Shown here piece by piece: positions 53,074-63,388 of a DNA stretch of 64,000 bases. Source of the stretch: an uncultured Solirubrobacterales bacterium (GTDB lineage Bacteria > Actinomycetota > Thermoleophilia > Solirubrobacterales > JBBDJG01); assembly GCA_963826005.1 (NCBI GenBank), contig CAWGVJ010000005.1:76848-140847 (forward strand), written 5' to 3'. How positions within the stretch are numbered: the stretch's first letter is position 1; every line of letters begins with the position of its first letter. Made by a program: the position numbers and the translations under genes. Below the pieces are notes generated by a model. The model saw nothing but the letters and a program-made list of their open reading frames with translations, had not been told where the DNA came from and searched no databases.

Positions 53074-54259
53074 CTAGACCCGCTGGATCAGCGTGCCGGT
53101 CCCGAGGCCTCCGCCGCAGCACATGGTCACGAGGCCGATCTCCTTGTCGGTGCGCTCGAGCTCGTGCAGCAGCGTCGTGATCAGGCGCGCGCCGGTCGAC
53201 CCCAGCGGGTGTCCGAGCGCGATCGCGCCCCCGTTGACGTTGACCCGGTCCATGTCGGGCTCGAGCTCGCGCCGCCAGGCCGCGACCACCGAGGCGAAGG
53301 CCTCGTTGATCTCGATGAGGTCGATGTCGTCCATCTTCATCTTGTTGCGCTCGAGCAGCTTGTGGGTGGCGGGAATCGGCCCGGTGAGCATGATCACCGG
53401 GTCCACGCCCACGGTCGTCTGGTCCATGATCCGGGCGCGCGGCTTGAGGCCGTACTCGTCGGCCTTCTCGCGCGTCATCAACAGCACCGCGGCGGCGCCG
53501 TCGGAGATCTGGCTGGAGTTGCCCGCCGTCACCTTGCCGTCCTCCTTGAAGGCCGGCTTCAGCTGCGCCAGCTTCTCGAGGCTGGTGTCCGGCCGGATGC
53601 CCTGGTCGGCGACGACCGTCTCCTCGGACCCGTTCATCTTCACGGTCATCGGGATCGTCTCGCGCTCGAAGCGACCCTCTTCGGTCGCCCGCGCGGCGTT
53701 CTGGTGGGAGCGCAGCCCGAGCTCGTCGAGCTCCGAGCGCGGAATCTCCCACTTGTCGGCGATCATCTCGGCCGAGATGCCCTGGGGCACGAGGTTGTAG
53801 CGCGCCATCAGCTCGTCCGGCCACGGGGAGCCGACCTGGTCCACGAAGTTGAAGGTGACGCCCATCGGGATGTGGCCCATGTGCTCGACCCCGCCGCCGA
53901 TGACGACGTCGTGGACCCCCGACGCGACGAGGGCCGCGCCGAAGTTCACGGCCTGCTGTGCCGAGCCGCACTGGCGGTCGACTGTCGTCGCGGGCGTGGT
54001 GATCGGCAGGCCGGCCTGCAGCCACGCGTTGCGGCCGACGTTGAAGCCCTGCTCCCCGAGCTGCTGCACACAGCCGGTGATGACGTCCTCGACGTCCTCC
54101 GCCGGGATCCCGGCGCGCTCGATGACCTGCTGAGAAGGCCTTGCCGAGCAGCTCGTTCGGGTGCGTGTTCTTGTAGTAGCCCTTCTCGGGGTGGCCGCGC
54201 CCGATCGGTGTGCGTGCAGCCTCGACGATGACGACTTCCCGGCCAGTCCCGTTCTGCAT
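53074..54259 (-). CDS. Acetyl-CoA C-acyltransferase (thiolase), frameshift about 54130
   Basis: RTPIGR, DRQCGS, NEAFA, GGAIALGHPLG, MCCGGG. Confidence 0.95.
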
Positions 54260-54358
54260 GGGTGCGCCTCCGATTGTCGTGCCGGCCGCTCCGGCGTCGT
54301 GCGGGGAGCTTCGGCGCGGCAAAAGTTTTGGTGCTTCGTGCAGCGGCTATGTTACTTC

Positions 54359-54380
54359 ATTGACTGATGAGTCAACCAAC
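54359..54380. promoter_or_regulatory. Palindromic operator TTGACT-N4-AGTCAA, copy 2
   Basis: ATTGACTGATGAGTCAACCAAC between the divergent thiolase operon and the hydroxyacyl-CoA dehydrogenase, overlapping the latter's ATG. Confidence 0.8.
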
Positions 54381-55209
54381 GGCGCGCGACCGCGATACGG
54401 CCTTCGAGACCTTCCCCGAGCAGGTGGGGATCGCGGGCGCGGGGACGATCGCCTGCGGGCTCGCTTCCTGCGTGATGGCACACGGAGGAGACGTCGTGAT
54501 GTGGGCCCGCAGCGAGGACTCGATGCGGCGCGCGCGCAAGGCGCTGAGCCACAGGCACGGACACAAGCTCACCGTCACGACTGACCGAGATCTCTTGTCG
54601 GCCGCGACGCTGGTGGTCGAGGCGGTCGCCGAGCAGCCCGCGGTCAAGAATGAGGTGCTCGCCGCGCTCCGCGCCGTGCTTTCCGACGGCGCGCTGCTGG
54701 CCACCACCACCTCCTCGCTCAGCATCGGCGAGCTCGCGCGCGCCAGCGGCGACGCGTCCCGGTTCTTCGGACTGCACGTGTTCAACCCGGTGACGAAGAT
54801 GAAGCTGGTCGAGCTGTGCTTCCCGTCCGACGCCGGCGGCGCCGTGAGCGCACGAGCCAAGGCCTTCAGCGAGGCGATCGGAAAGATCCCGGTGGAGGTG
54901 CCCGACGAGCCCGGCTTCGTCGTCAACCGCCTCCTGTTCCCCTACCTGTTCGACGCGGTGCGGCTGCTCGAGCGCACCGGGATGGACCCCGCACAGGTCG
55001 ATGCCTGCATGAAGCTCGGGGCCTCGCATCCGATGGGACCGCTGCAGCTGCTCGATCTGGTCGGGATCGACGTCGCCGAGGCGATCGGGGAGGCGCTGTA
55101 CGGGGACACCGGGGAACCCGCACACCGGCCGCCCGGGCGCATCAAGGAGCTGGTGGGCAAAGGTCGCCTGGGGCGGAAGGCCGGCGCCGGCTTCTACGAC
55201 TACGACTGA
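54367..55209 (+). CDS. 3-hydroxyacyl-CoA dehydrogenase family protein
   Basis: GAGTIA, VEAVAE, GLHVFNP, PGFVVNR, PMGPL, GRKAGAGFYDY. Confidence 0.95.
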   Translation: MSQPTARDRDTAFETFPEQVGIAGAGTIACGLASCVMAHGGDVVMWARSEDSMRRARKALSHRHGHKLTVTTDRDLLSAATLVVEAVAEQPAVKNEVLAALRAVLSDGALLATTTSSLSIGELARASGDASRFFGLHVFNPVTKMKLVELCFPSDAGGAVSARAKAFSEAIGKIPVEVPDEPGFVVNRLLFPYLFDAVRLLERTGMDPAQVDACMKLGASHPMGPLQLLDLVGIDVAEAIGEALYGDTGEPAHRPPGRIKELVGKGRLGRKAGAGFYDYD

Positions 55210-55213
55210 GGCG

Positions 55214-55522
55214 TCAGCCGGCGGTCTTGCGGGTGCGCTTCGGCGCCCGCGTGCCCGGCTTGCGCGCCTTGCGCACGCGCGGAGCGGCCGGCTCCTTCTT
55301 GCGACCCGACATGTCCCACACGACGTCCGCCTCGCTGATGCCCTGCAGCTCCGCCTGCTCGATCACGTTTGACCAGGGCAGCTGCGCCTCGGGGAGATCG
55401 TCCCAGCGGGCGAGCTCCATCGCCTCCAGGGCGCCTTCGAGATCGGAACCGACCTCGCCCTGGATCCGGATCAGGTCCTTGAGGGTTTCGAGCTGGCTCT
55501 CCGTGAAGCGTGCGCACCACAT
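55214..55522 (-). CDS. Small hypothetical protein
   Basis: ORF with an acidic core and basic tail. Confidence 0.55.
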   Translation of the reverse strand: MWCARFTESQLETLKDLIRIQGEVGSDLEGALEAMELARWDDLPEAQLPWSNVIEQAELQGISEADVVWDMSGRKKEPAAPRVRKARKPGTRAPKRTRKTAG

Positions 55523-55615
55523 CCGGCTGAAATCACCCCCCAGGTCGGCGTCGGATCACGCCAGCCAAGCTAGAGGGGGCTGCGGACAGACCCCGCCGCC
55601 CCGTGGTGCCGCGGA

Positions 55616-56950
55616 TCAGCGCCCGCTCGGGGGTGCCGCGCTCTCGTCCTGGGCGGCCGCTGCGCTCGGCTGGATCCGCACTGCCTCCACCCGGTTCTCG
55701 CGCACGGACTCGACCCGGATCAGGTAGCCGTTCGCGCTGATCTGGTCCCCGCGCTTCGGTAGGCGGCCCAGCTGGCCGAACACGTACCCGCCCACCGAGG
55801 TGTATGCGTCGGAGTCCACGGGCAGGTGGATGCCCGGCGTCCTCGAGGTCTCCGAGCGAGCACGTGCCCCCGCACGAACCAGTCCCCGTTCACGAGCCGG
55901 CGGATGGACGACAGCATCGGATCGGTCTCGTCGACGATCTCGCCCACGATCTCCTCGATGATGTCCTCGATCGTGACGATGCCGGCCGTGCGGCCGAACT
56001 CGTCGACGATCACGGCCAGTGAAGTGCGCTGGCGCTGCATGTCGGCCAGCAGGTCGTCGAGCGGCTTGGTCTCGGGCATGATCAGCGGCTCGCGCACCAG
56101 CGGGGCGAGCGGTGCCTCCGGGCCGTCGCTCATCAGCGCCTGCGCAAGCCGGTTGGAGTGCACGACGCCGCGGACGCGGTCGGGGTTGTCGTCCTCGATC
56201 ACCACCAGGCGCGTGTGACCGGAGGTGATGCAGCGCCGCAGCCCGGTCTCGACCGTGTCGTCGCTGTTCACGGTCACGAGCGCGGGCGTCGGGGTCATCA
56301 CCTGGCGCGCCTCCTGCTCGTGCAGGTGGAAGACGCCCTCGAGCATGTCGGCCTCGTTCGGATCCAGCTCCCCGAAGCGCTCGCCGCGCCCGATCAGCAC
56401 CCGCAGCTCCTCGGCGGTCGCAGCCTCGGCGTCGCTCTCGACGTCGATGCGCAGGATTCGCTTGACGACGAAGTTGGAGGCGTTGTTGAGCGTCCAGATG
56501 ATCGGGTGGAGGCCGATCCGGAACCACTCGAGCGGACGCGCGCACCAGCGCGCGATCCGCTCGGCGTGAGTGATCGCCGTCATCTTCGGAGCCTGCTCGC
56601 CGATGATCACGTGCGCCGACGTCACCAGCATGTACGCGATCGCGACCGAGATGGCCACGGACGCGCCGTGGCTCAAGCGCGCCGAACACCGGCTCGATCA
56701 GGCTCGCCACGGCCGGCTCGCCGAGGAAACCGAGGCCGATCGACGTGAACGTGATCCCGACCTGCGCGGCGGACAGGTACTCGCTCAGGTGGTCCATCTG
56801 ATGCAGAGCCAGCTTCGCGCTGCGCGACCCCTCCTTGGCGGCCTCCTCCATGCGCGTGCGGCGAGCGCGAACGAGCGCGAACTCGGCAGCGACGAAGAAC
56901 CCGTTCAACAGGATCAGCACAAACAGCAGGACTAGGAGGAGCGCGGTCAA
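55616..56950 (-). CDS. Hemolysin/CNNM-CBS-CorC family protein (frameshifted)
   Basis: NGFFVAAEFALV, QVGIT, GEQAPK, VDEFG, EDIIEEIVGEI. Confidence 0.9.
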   Translation of the reverse strand: MTALLLVLLFVLILLNGFFVAAEFALVRARRTRMEEAAKEGSRSAKLALHQMDHLSEYLSAAQVGITFTSIGLGFLGEPAVASLIEPVFGALEPRRVRGHLGRDRVHAGDVGARDHRRAGSEDDGDHSRRADRALVRASARVVPDRPPPDHLDAQQRLQLRRQANPAHRRRERRRGCDRRGAAGADRARRALRGAGSERGRHARGRLPPARAGGAPGDDPDARARDREQRRHGRDRAAALHHLRSHAPGGDRGRQPRPRPRRRALQPACAGADERRPGGTARPAGARAADHARDQAARRPAGRHAAPAHFTGRDRRRVRPHGRHRHDRGHHRGDRGRDRRRDRSDAVVHPPARERGLVRAGARARSETSRTPGIHLPVDSDAYTSVGGYVFGQLGRLPKRGDQISANGYLIRVESVRENRVEAVRIQPSAAAAQDESAAPPSGR

Positions 56951-57127
56951 GAGGTCCTGACTAGCTCAGCATGTGCGCAGTGTTCTGCGCCGCTGGTCCC
57001 GGCGTGTGCTCGCCCTGCGTGGCGACGCTATGTCCGCTGGGACTTCGAGGAAGGTCGTCGCTCATCCGACAGTTGCAAACTACCAAAAGGGGTGGCGGCT
57101 GCCTAATGATTTTCGTCTGGGCGGGGT

Positions 57128-57203
57128 GGGCCGCCGGAGGGTGCCCCCGTGCGAGGCGCTAAAACCGTTCTTAGCCTCGCCCGGGGGCACCCCCCGCCGG
57201 CCC
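57128..57203. repeat. Long intergenic inverted repeat
   Basis: GGGCCG..GGGTGCCCCCG-T-GCGAGGC...GCCTCGC-CCGGGGGCACCC..CGGCCC. Confidence 0.6.
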
Positions 57204-57219
57204 GCTCGCTACGGGCGAA

Positions 57220-57594
57220 TCAGGCCCCGCGCCGAGGAGAAGGCTTCGTTTGCCACTCGGCTGCTCTGTTCGGCAAGCGCGCGTAGGCGCTGGTCCTCCG
57301 GCGGCGGGAGCGCAGGCCCAGCACCACGAGGGCGGCGCCGGCGGCGGTCCCGACGGCCACGGCGGCGACGGGCCGCACCCAGTTGCGCGGGTCCCGGATC
57401 GCGTCGAACTCCCAGTCGCCGATCTCCTCGAGCGCCTCGAGCGCGGCGGCCTCGACGCTCGCGAGCTTGCCCTCGAGCTGGGACATGAAATCTGCCGGCG
57501 GCTCCACCGGCCTCAGCGCGTGCTCCAGCAGCCGCATGATCTCGGCTCCCGGTCCGTCCGTGTCGCGCTTTGCCGGCCGTGCCTCGGCCATCAC
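57220..57594 (-). CDS. Small single-pass membrane protein (possible anti-sigma factor)
   Basis: GTGA overlap with the ECF sigma gene; one TM helix followed by RRRR. Confidence 0.65.
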   Translation of the reverse strand: MMAEARPAKRDTDGPGAEIMRLLEHALRPVEPPADFMSQLEGKLASVEAAALEALEEIGDWEFDAIRDPRNWVRPVAAVAVGTAAGAALVVLGLRSRRRRTSAYARLPNRAAEWQTKPSPRRGA

Positions 57595-58136
57595 TCCTCC
57601 TCTCCTGCATCCAGCTGCAGGTCGTGCTCGAGCTGCTTGATCGCGCGGTGGATGAGCACCTTCGTCGCTCCCTCGGTGCGTCCCATCGCACGTGCGATCT
57701 CGCGGTTGTCCATTCCCAGGGCGAATCTCATGATCAGGGCCTCACGACGGTCTTCGGGAAGAGACTGGACGCCCTTGAGAACCGCGACGGCGTTCTCGTG
57801 TCCGACCACCAGGTCCTCCGTGTCATGGGGCTGGCGGAGCGTGCCCTCGACGTCCTCGAGCACCGCCGTCGGCTTGCGCTTGCGGTCGCGGTAGTAGTTG
57901 GCCGCGAGGTTGTGCGCGATGCGGATGAGCCACGGGCGCAGCGGGCGCCCGTCGGCCTCGCGTTGCGCTCGCTCGAAGTGCCGGTACGCCTGGATGAAGG
58001 TCTGGGTGGTGAGGTCCTCGGCGTCGTGGTGGTTGCTCGTGCGGTAGTACGTGTAGTTGTAGACGTCGCGCAGGTGCTCGCGATAGAACTGCGAGAAGTC
58101 CCGATCGAGTGCCGCTTTGTCGGCCGGCGCCTGCAT
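57591..58136 (-). CDS. ECF-type RNA polymerase sigma factor
   Basis: DAEDLT, WLIRIAHN, REIARAMGRTEGATKVLIHRA. Confidence 0.9.
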   Translation of the reverse strand: MQAPADKAALDRDFSQFYREHLRDVYNYTYYRTSNHHDAEDLTTQTFIQAYRHFERAQREADGRPLRPWLIRIAHNLAANYYRDRKRKPTAVLEDVEGTLRQPHDTEDLVVGHENAVAVLKGVQSLPEDRREALIMRFALGMDNREIARAMGRTEGATKVLIHRAIKQLEHDLQLDAGEEE

Positions 58137-58195
58137 CTGCTGCCCTTGTGACCCCACCTGTAAGAGCGTACCCGGGGGCCCATGGAGCGCGGTGG

Positions 58196-59852
58196 TCAGG
58201 CCGCCCGCGACCCGGCGCGGGAGCGACGCGCCATCTCGACCCACTGCTCGGGGTCGATCCGGCCCTCGGCGAGCGCGGCGAGCTCCGCGGTGGCGGTGGA
58301 GCGCACCCCTGCCTCGCTCATGGCGCTCGCCAGCACGGGTACGGCGTCCAGCGACTCGGGCACCTGGCCCAGGATCGCCGGGATCTCGGAAGGCTCCACG
58401 CCCTGCGCGAGCAGCTCGCCCGCGCGGCGGTTACGGCTGTGCGCCGCGAGCACGGTCGCGACGAGATCGCCCGTGCCGGCGGTGCCGGTGAAGCTCGACG
58501 CTGCCGCGCCGCGCTTGTCCGCGAGCGCGTGGCACTCCGCGTACACGCGTCCCGCCGCGGCGCCTGCCGCATTGGGGCCGGCGGCGAGCGCCGCTCCCGC
58601 CGCGAGCGCCGCGGCGTTCTTCGCGGCTCCGGCGAGCTCGATGCCGACGAGGTCGCGGCTCGTGTCGCACACGAGTCCCGCGCGGCGCAGGCTGCTCGCC
58701 AGCAGCGCCGCAAACGTCCTGTCCGGAGAGGCGACGGTCACGTGCGCGCCGCGCCGCACCGCCTCGCCCGCGTGCGCCGGGCCGCCCAGGCATGCGATCG
58801 GGCGGTCGCCGGTGCGCTCCGCGACGAGCTGGCTGGGAAGGGTTCCGTGCGGGGCGAGCAGGCCCTTGGACAGGACCAGCACGCCCAGGCCGGCGGGCAT
58901 GCGCGCCTCGATGGATTCGAGCGCGCCGGCCAGCGCATCGCGAGGGAACCGCCATGCAGAGCAGGTCGACGTCGTCGAGGCGCAGGTCGTCGACGGTCAC
59001 GACACGGACGTTGTCCGGCAGGTCGACGCCGGGGAGGTAGGCGCCGTTCGTGCGGCTCAGGCCGAGGTCGCGCGCCTGCTCCGCGGTGCGGCAGCCGAGC
59101 TGGACGGTTGCTCCGGAGCGGGCCAGCAGGGTCGCAACGGCGGTTCCCCAGCTGCCGGCGCCGACCACCACCGCGTGGCGGATCGGCTGCAGGCCGCCGA
59201 GCCACTCCCATTGCAGCGAGATGCACGACCACACCCGGTTGGAGATCTCCTGCGCCGCCGCCTGCCGCGGCTCGCGGTCCAGCGGGCGCGGGAAGCGCAG
59301 CGCACGGCCGCAGCGCACGGTCACGCGGCGCGGGCGGATGCGCCAGCCCTTGCGGATGTCCTCGGTGCCGAGGATCGCGACCGGGACGATCGGCGCGCCG
59401 GTCTCGAGCGCGAGGCGCCCGACGCCGCGCTTGGGCTCGCCCAGCGGGCCGGGGCGCACGCGCGTGCCCTCGGGGAAGATGCCGACGGCGCCGCCCCGCT
59501 CGAGGATCACGCGGGCGGTCTCCATCGCGAGGTCGTCGGCCTCGCCGCGGCGGATCGGGAAAGCGCCGAGCGCCAGCAGGATCCAGGCCTTCCAGCGCTT
59601 GTCGAACAGCTCGATCTTGGCGACGAAGTGCAGCGGGCGCCCGAGGCAGCAGCCGATCAGGAACGGGTCCGAGAAGCTGCGGTGGTTCGCGGCCAGCAGC
59701 ACCGGGCCGTCCTTGGGGATGTGCTCGCGGCCGATGCGGCGCAGCCGGAAGTAGATGTGGAAGAAGGGCTGCAGGATCGCCCGGACGACCCAGTAGACGG
59801 GCATGACCGGTCCGCGTTCGCGGGCAATCTGGTGGGCGCGCTCGAGTTCCAT
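58196..59852 (-). CDS. Fused 1-acyl-G3P acyltransferase (PlsC) and NAD(P)H-dependent G3P dehydrogenase (GpsA); frameshift about 58940
   Basis: NHRSFSD and IFPEGTR, then in the same frame GAGSWGTA, LSKG, AGAAKN, GDLVAT, SRNR. Confidence 0.9.
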
Positions 59853-59947
59853 CTCGATAGTGGGAATACCCCGCATTGGAATGCGGAGTTACAGGACATT
59901 CGCCGAGTGGGCGCCGGACCCTCTGCGAGCAGCTCGATCGCGGGACG

Positions 59948-61238
59948 CTACTGGACGAACTCGAACGGGATCCGGATCAGGTCGCGGTCGAGCGTCATCA
60001 CGCAGTTCTCGTAGTTCATGCGCGTGAAGTAGAGGTATCCCTTCTTGGCGGTGATCTCGAAGTTGCGCGTGTTGTTTGCCGGTTGCAGGTCCACCGGATA
60101 CAGGATCGGGTTGGCGTCGCCGCACTGGTACGACCACGGCAGCTCGGCTTTCATGAGCAGCTGGCGCGGGGTCCAACTGATCAGGTCGGTGGACGTCGAG
60201 TAGTAGACGCCGTAGACGATCTCCGGGCCCACCCAGAGACCGGCCGTGCCGATCAGCAGGTACTTCCCCAGGAACGAGTTGTAGGTGACGCTGCTGTTCA
60301 TCTTCTCGATCTCGTTGAACGCGACGGGCTTGCAGACGTGCTGCTCGGGCGGGCCGGGGTTCACGTATGGGTTGATGAACTGAACGTTGAAGCCCGTGCC
60401 GTCCCATGCTCGCCATGAGTCAGGCTTCGAGAGATTGCGCGTACGCATCACGCAGGTGCCGATCTGTTGCGCTCCATAGGCCTCTGCGTACGGCATCGCG
60501 TAGTAGTAGCGGGTGATCGGCGCTGGTCTCCGCCGAGTCCGCCGCCGCGGTGGGCTTGGCGATGATGTTGCTCGGCGCGAAGTAGCCGTACGGGCCGGTG
60601 TTCGGGACGTACTGATAGGGCACGCTGGCGACGAGCTGGCCGGGCGGCCCCGCGTGCGAATAGGTGGCTCCCGCGTTCGTGGAAGTCGCGAGGGTGACCG
60701 CGTTGTACCAGCAGGTCGGATCGAAGCCGGCGAGCCCCGTCGGGACGTTGGAACGCTTCGGCACCACCGGGTGGCCCTGCGACGAACACATGCCCGGGTG
60801 GTCCCATCCGTGGTACTCGTCGTGGACCAGGGCGTAGACATTCGTGCCGTCGAGGGTGTAGGGAGAGGAGATCCACTCCGCGTCGTCGTACGCCGCCGGA
60901 TCCGCGTTCCCGTGCGATGACATCGTGACGCCGCAGTCCACCGCGACCGTGTTCAGCGTCGGCCCGATCATGCGCCGGTTGGACACATGGGACATCGTGA
61001 GCTGGACCTGGCCCGACGCGTCCTTGAACGCCCGCGCCGGCAGATCAGGTATGTGGAAGTCGTCGCACCGGTTGGTCGTCCAATCGAAGACCGTCTGCTC
61101 CGGTCCGATCTGCCGAACGGTTGGTCCGAACTCGTAGGCCTCAGCCGGCGGCCCCGCGGCAGGCACGATCACCGCGAGCAAAACACCGACCGCCAAGCTC
61201 GTGGCCCGGCGGCGCCACCTCGATCCGACGCTGGACAT
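59948..61238 (-). CDS. Secreted hypothetical protein, possibly beta-propeller (frameshift about 60515)
   Basis: Signal peptide; PDLPARAF, VHDEYHG, STSTDLISW Asp-box-like motifs. Confidence 0.7.
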
Positions 61239-61315
61239 GAAGGGAGCCTCCGTTGGAGGGATCCTGCGGCCCAAGCCTACACCCGCCCAGCGGCGCCGGG
61301 AAGGGCGTCTACGGG

Positions 61316-61657
61316 ATGCACACCCGCTCACCGTGGCCAACGAGGAAAGGCCGGCGCGGTTTCCTTACAGCCCGGTGCTGAGACGACATCGACGGCTCGT
61401 TCCGCGGGTGCAGTGCAAGACCGGCGGCTGCGCAACGGTGCGTCGTTCAGCGCGCAAAGCGTGCGTTGAAACGAACCGTAGCGCACTACAAGGGTGAGAT
61501 AGACCTGTTCATGGTGCACTGTCCCGAGACCGGTGGCACCTACGCAGTCCCGATCGATGAGGCCACGCGATCCCACGGTACCCTTCGAATCCACCCCACG
61601 GCCAACGGCCAAGAAAAGAAGGTTCGGTGGGCGCGGGATTACGAGCTGCCGGAGTAG
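61316..61657 (+). pseudogene. Degenerate group I intron-associated PD-(D/E)XK endonuclease (I-Ssp6803I-like); start approximate
   Basis: RVQCKTG...RNG and HYKGEIDLFMVHCPETGGTYAVP...TLRIHPTANGQEKKVRWARDYEL; the 5' half is broken by several indels. Confidence 0.7.
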
Positions 61658-61722
61658 CTCAGCTGGTAGAGCACTCGCTCTTGTAAAGCGAGGGGCCAGG
61701 GGTTCGAGTCCCCTCTCCGGCT
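61648..61722 (+). tRNA. tRNA-Thr(UGU), CCA not encoded
   Basis: Acceptor GCCGGAG/CTCCGGC, D arm GCTC/GAGC, anticodon loop CT-TGT-AA, T arm AGGGG-TTCGAGT-CCCCT. Confidence 0.95.
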
Positions 61723-61732
61723 CTTTGGTGGA

Positions 61733-61933
61733 CTAATCGTCCCGAGGGACGATCATGTCGAGCTGGACCTCGGCCCCCGAACGGTCGTCGGCGAACACGA
61801 TGTACGCCAGCGGAGGCCCGCCGAACCAGGAAGCGTTCTCACCCTCGCCCACGTAGATCGCGGGCCGCTCGGCTCCGTCCGGGCCGATCACCCAGATCTT
61901 CTGGCCTTCATGGAAACCGGCGCTTGCCTCCAC
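61733..61933 (-). CDS. Small hypothetical protein (66 aa)
   Basis: Clean ORF; TAGACT -10 box 6 nt before GTG. Confidence 0.65.
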   Translation of the reverse strand: MEASAGFHEGQKIWVIGPDGAERPAIYVGEGENASWFGGPPLAYIVFADDRSGAEVQLDMIVPRDD

Positions 61934-62001
61934 GGAGCGAGTCTATCGCCGGCTGCCAGTTGGCACGCGACCGCCGAAATGCGGATAATGCCCGACCGCT
62001 G

Positions 62002-62692
62002 ATGCTGTCGAAGCCCCTTCGAAGCCCCCTGGTCGCAGCCCTGGTCGCGGCCGTGACCGCCCTGGCGGCCACCGGCTGTGGCGGCGAGGAGCCTGCCGAC
62101 ACGGCGCGCGGCAAGGAGCTGTTCACGCAGAAGTGCGGGGCCTGCCACCAGCTCCAGAACGCCGGCACCAAGGGCGTGCAGGGGCCGAACCTCGACCTCG
62201 CCTTCAAGCAGTCCGTCGCCGACGGCCTCGGGCGCAGCACGATCGCCGGCGTGGTCCGGGATCAGATCGACCTGCCGATGGGCGACCAGATGCCGGCCGA
62301 CCTCTACAAGGGCAAGGACGCGAATGACGTGGCCGAGTACGTGGCGAGCGCGATCGGCAAGCCGGCGGAGGGCGGCGGCGGCGGGCGGCCCGGGCGGAAC
62401 CGCGAAGGCCGACGCCAAGAACGTCGTGTCGATCCCGACCGACCCGAGCGGTCAGCTCGCCTACCAGGTCAAGAATGCGACGGCCAAGGCCGGCAAGGTC
62501 ACCCTGAGCACGAAGAACGATGCTTCCGTGCCGCACAACATCGCGATCAAGGGCGACGGCGAGGGCCCTGTGGTCTCCGGCGGCAAGACATCGGAGGTCA
62601 GCGCCAACCTGAAGGCAGGGCGCTACGAGTTCTACTGCTCCGTGCCGGGCCACGAGCAGGCCGGCATGAAGGGCAACCTCGTCGTCAAGTAG
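62002..62692 (+). CDS. Lipoprotein cytochrome c fused to a cupredoxin domain (frameshift about 62385)
   Basis: Lipobox ATGC, CGACH, GPNLD, QMPA; then PHNIAI and YCSVPGHEQAGM. Confidence 0.85.
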
Positions 62693-63358
62693 CCGGCGCC
62701 GGCCCGACACCCTCGCGGTCGAGGTCGACGACCACGTGGGTGACCTTGATCGTCGAACCGCTCGCGGGCACGCTCGACCACGTCGCGCTCGAGCCAGTTG
62801 GAGCGCCCCGGCGGGTGCGTCGAGATGATCACCTCGTCGGCACGGAAGCGGCGCAGCCCGTCCTCGACCGCCTGCACGGGGTCGTCGTCGCCGATGTCCC
62901 CGTCGACGTCGAAGCCCTCTGCGCGGAGGTCCGAGAGCAGCCCTTCGAGGCGGACGCCGGCTGCCGCGCGCGCGTCGTCCTCCTCGTTCGTCCAGTGCTT
63001 GATCTTGCTGTTGAGCGCGGGGCACACGACCTTCAGCTGAGCCTCCCCGCCGTGGCCGCGGCGGGAGATCTCGTCGCGCAGCGCGCGCCCTGACAGCGTC
63101 TCGTTCGCGACCACCAGGATGCGGTACCGCCCGTCGTCGGTCATCCTCCAGCCGGCGGCCCAGCAGCATCTTCTCCTGCGGCTCGTCCCGTTTGAACACG
63201 AACAGGCCGACGATCAGGCCGATCGCCAGCCCGCCGGCCACGGCGAGCGCGGCACCGGTGCTCCAGATGACCGCGACGAGCGCGATGGGAGCAAGCAGGG
63301 CACCCACGATCAGCGTGAACCGGAATGCGTCCTGCTCGGATCTCAGCGGATTGATCAT
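62685..63358 (-). CDS. Membrane protein with a universal-stress-protein-like domain (frameshifted, end approximate)
   Basis: Two TM helices; RILVVANET, DEVIISTHPPGRSNWLERDVV. Confidence 0.75.
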
Positions 63359-63388
63359 CGCGTCACCCTCTCGCTCGAACGAGGCTCC

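Noticed and set aside
51875-54322. Apparent 815-aa thiolase-ACAD fusion ORF
   Set aside because: Artefact of the thiolase frameshift; the ACAD has its own GGAGGAG RBS and GTG at 53047.
61648-61722. tRNA as an integration site for a prophage or island
   Set aside because: No integrase and no duplicated tRNA 3' end were seen in the window.
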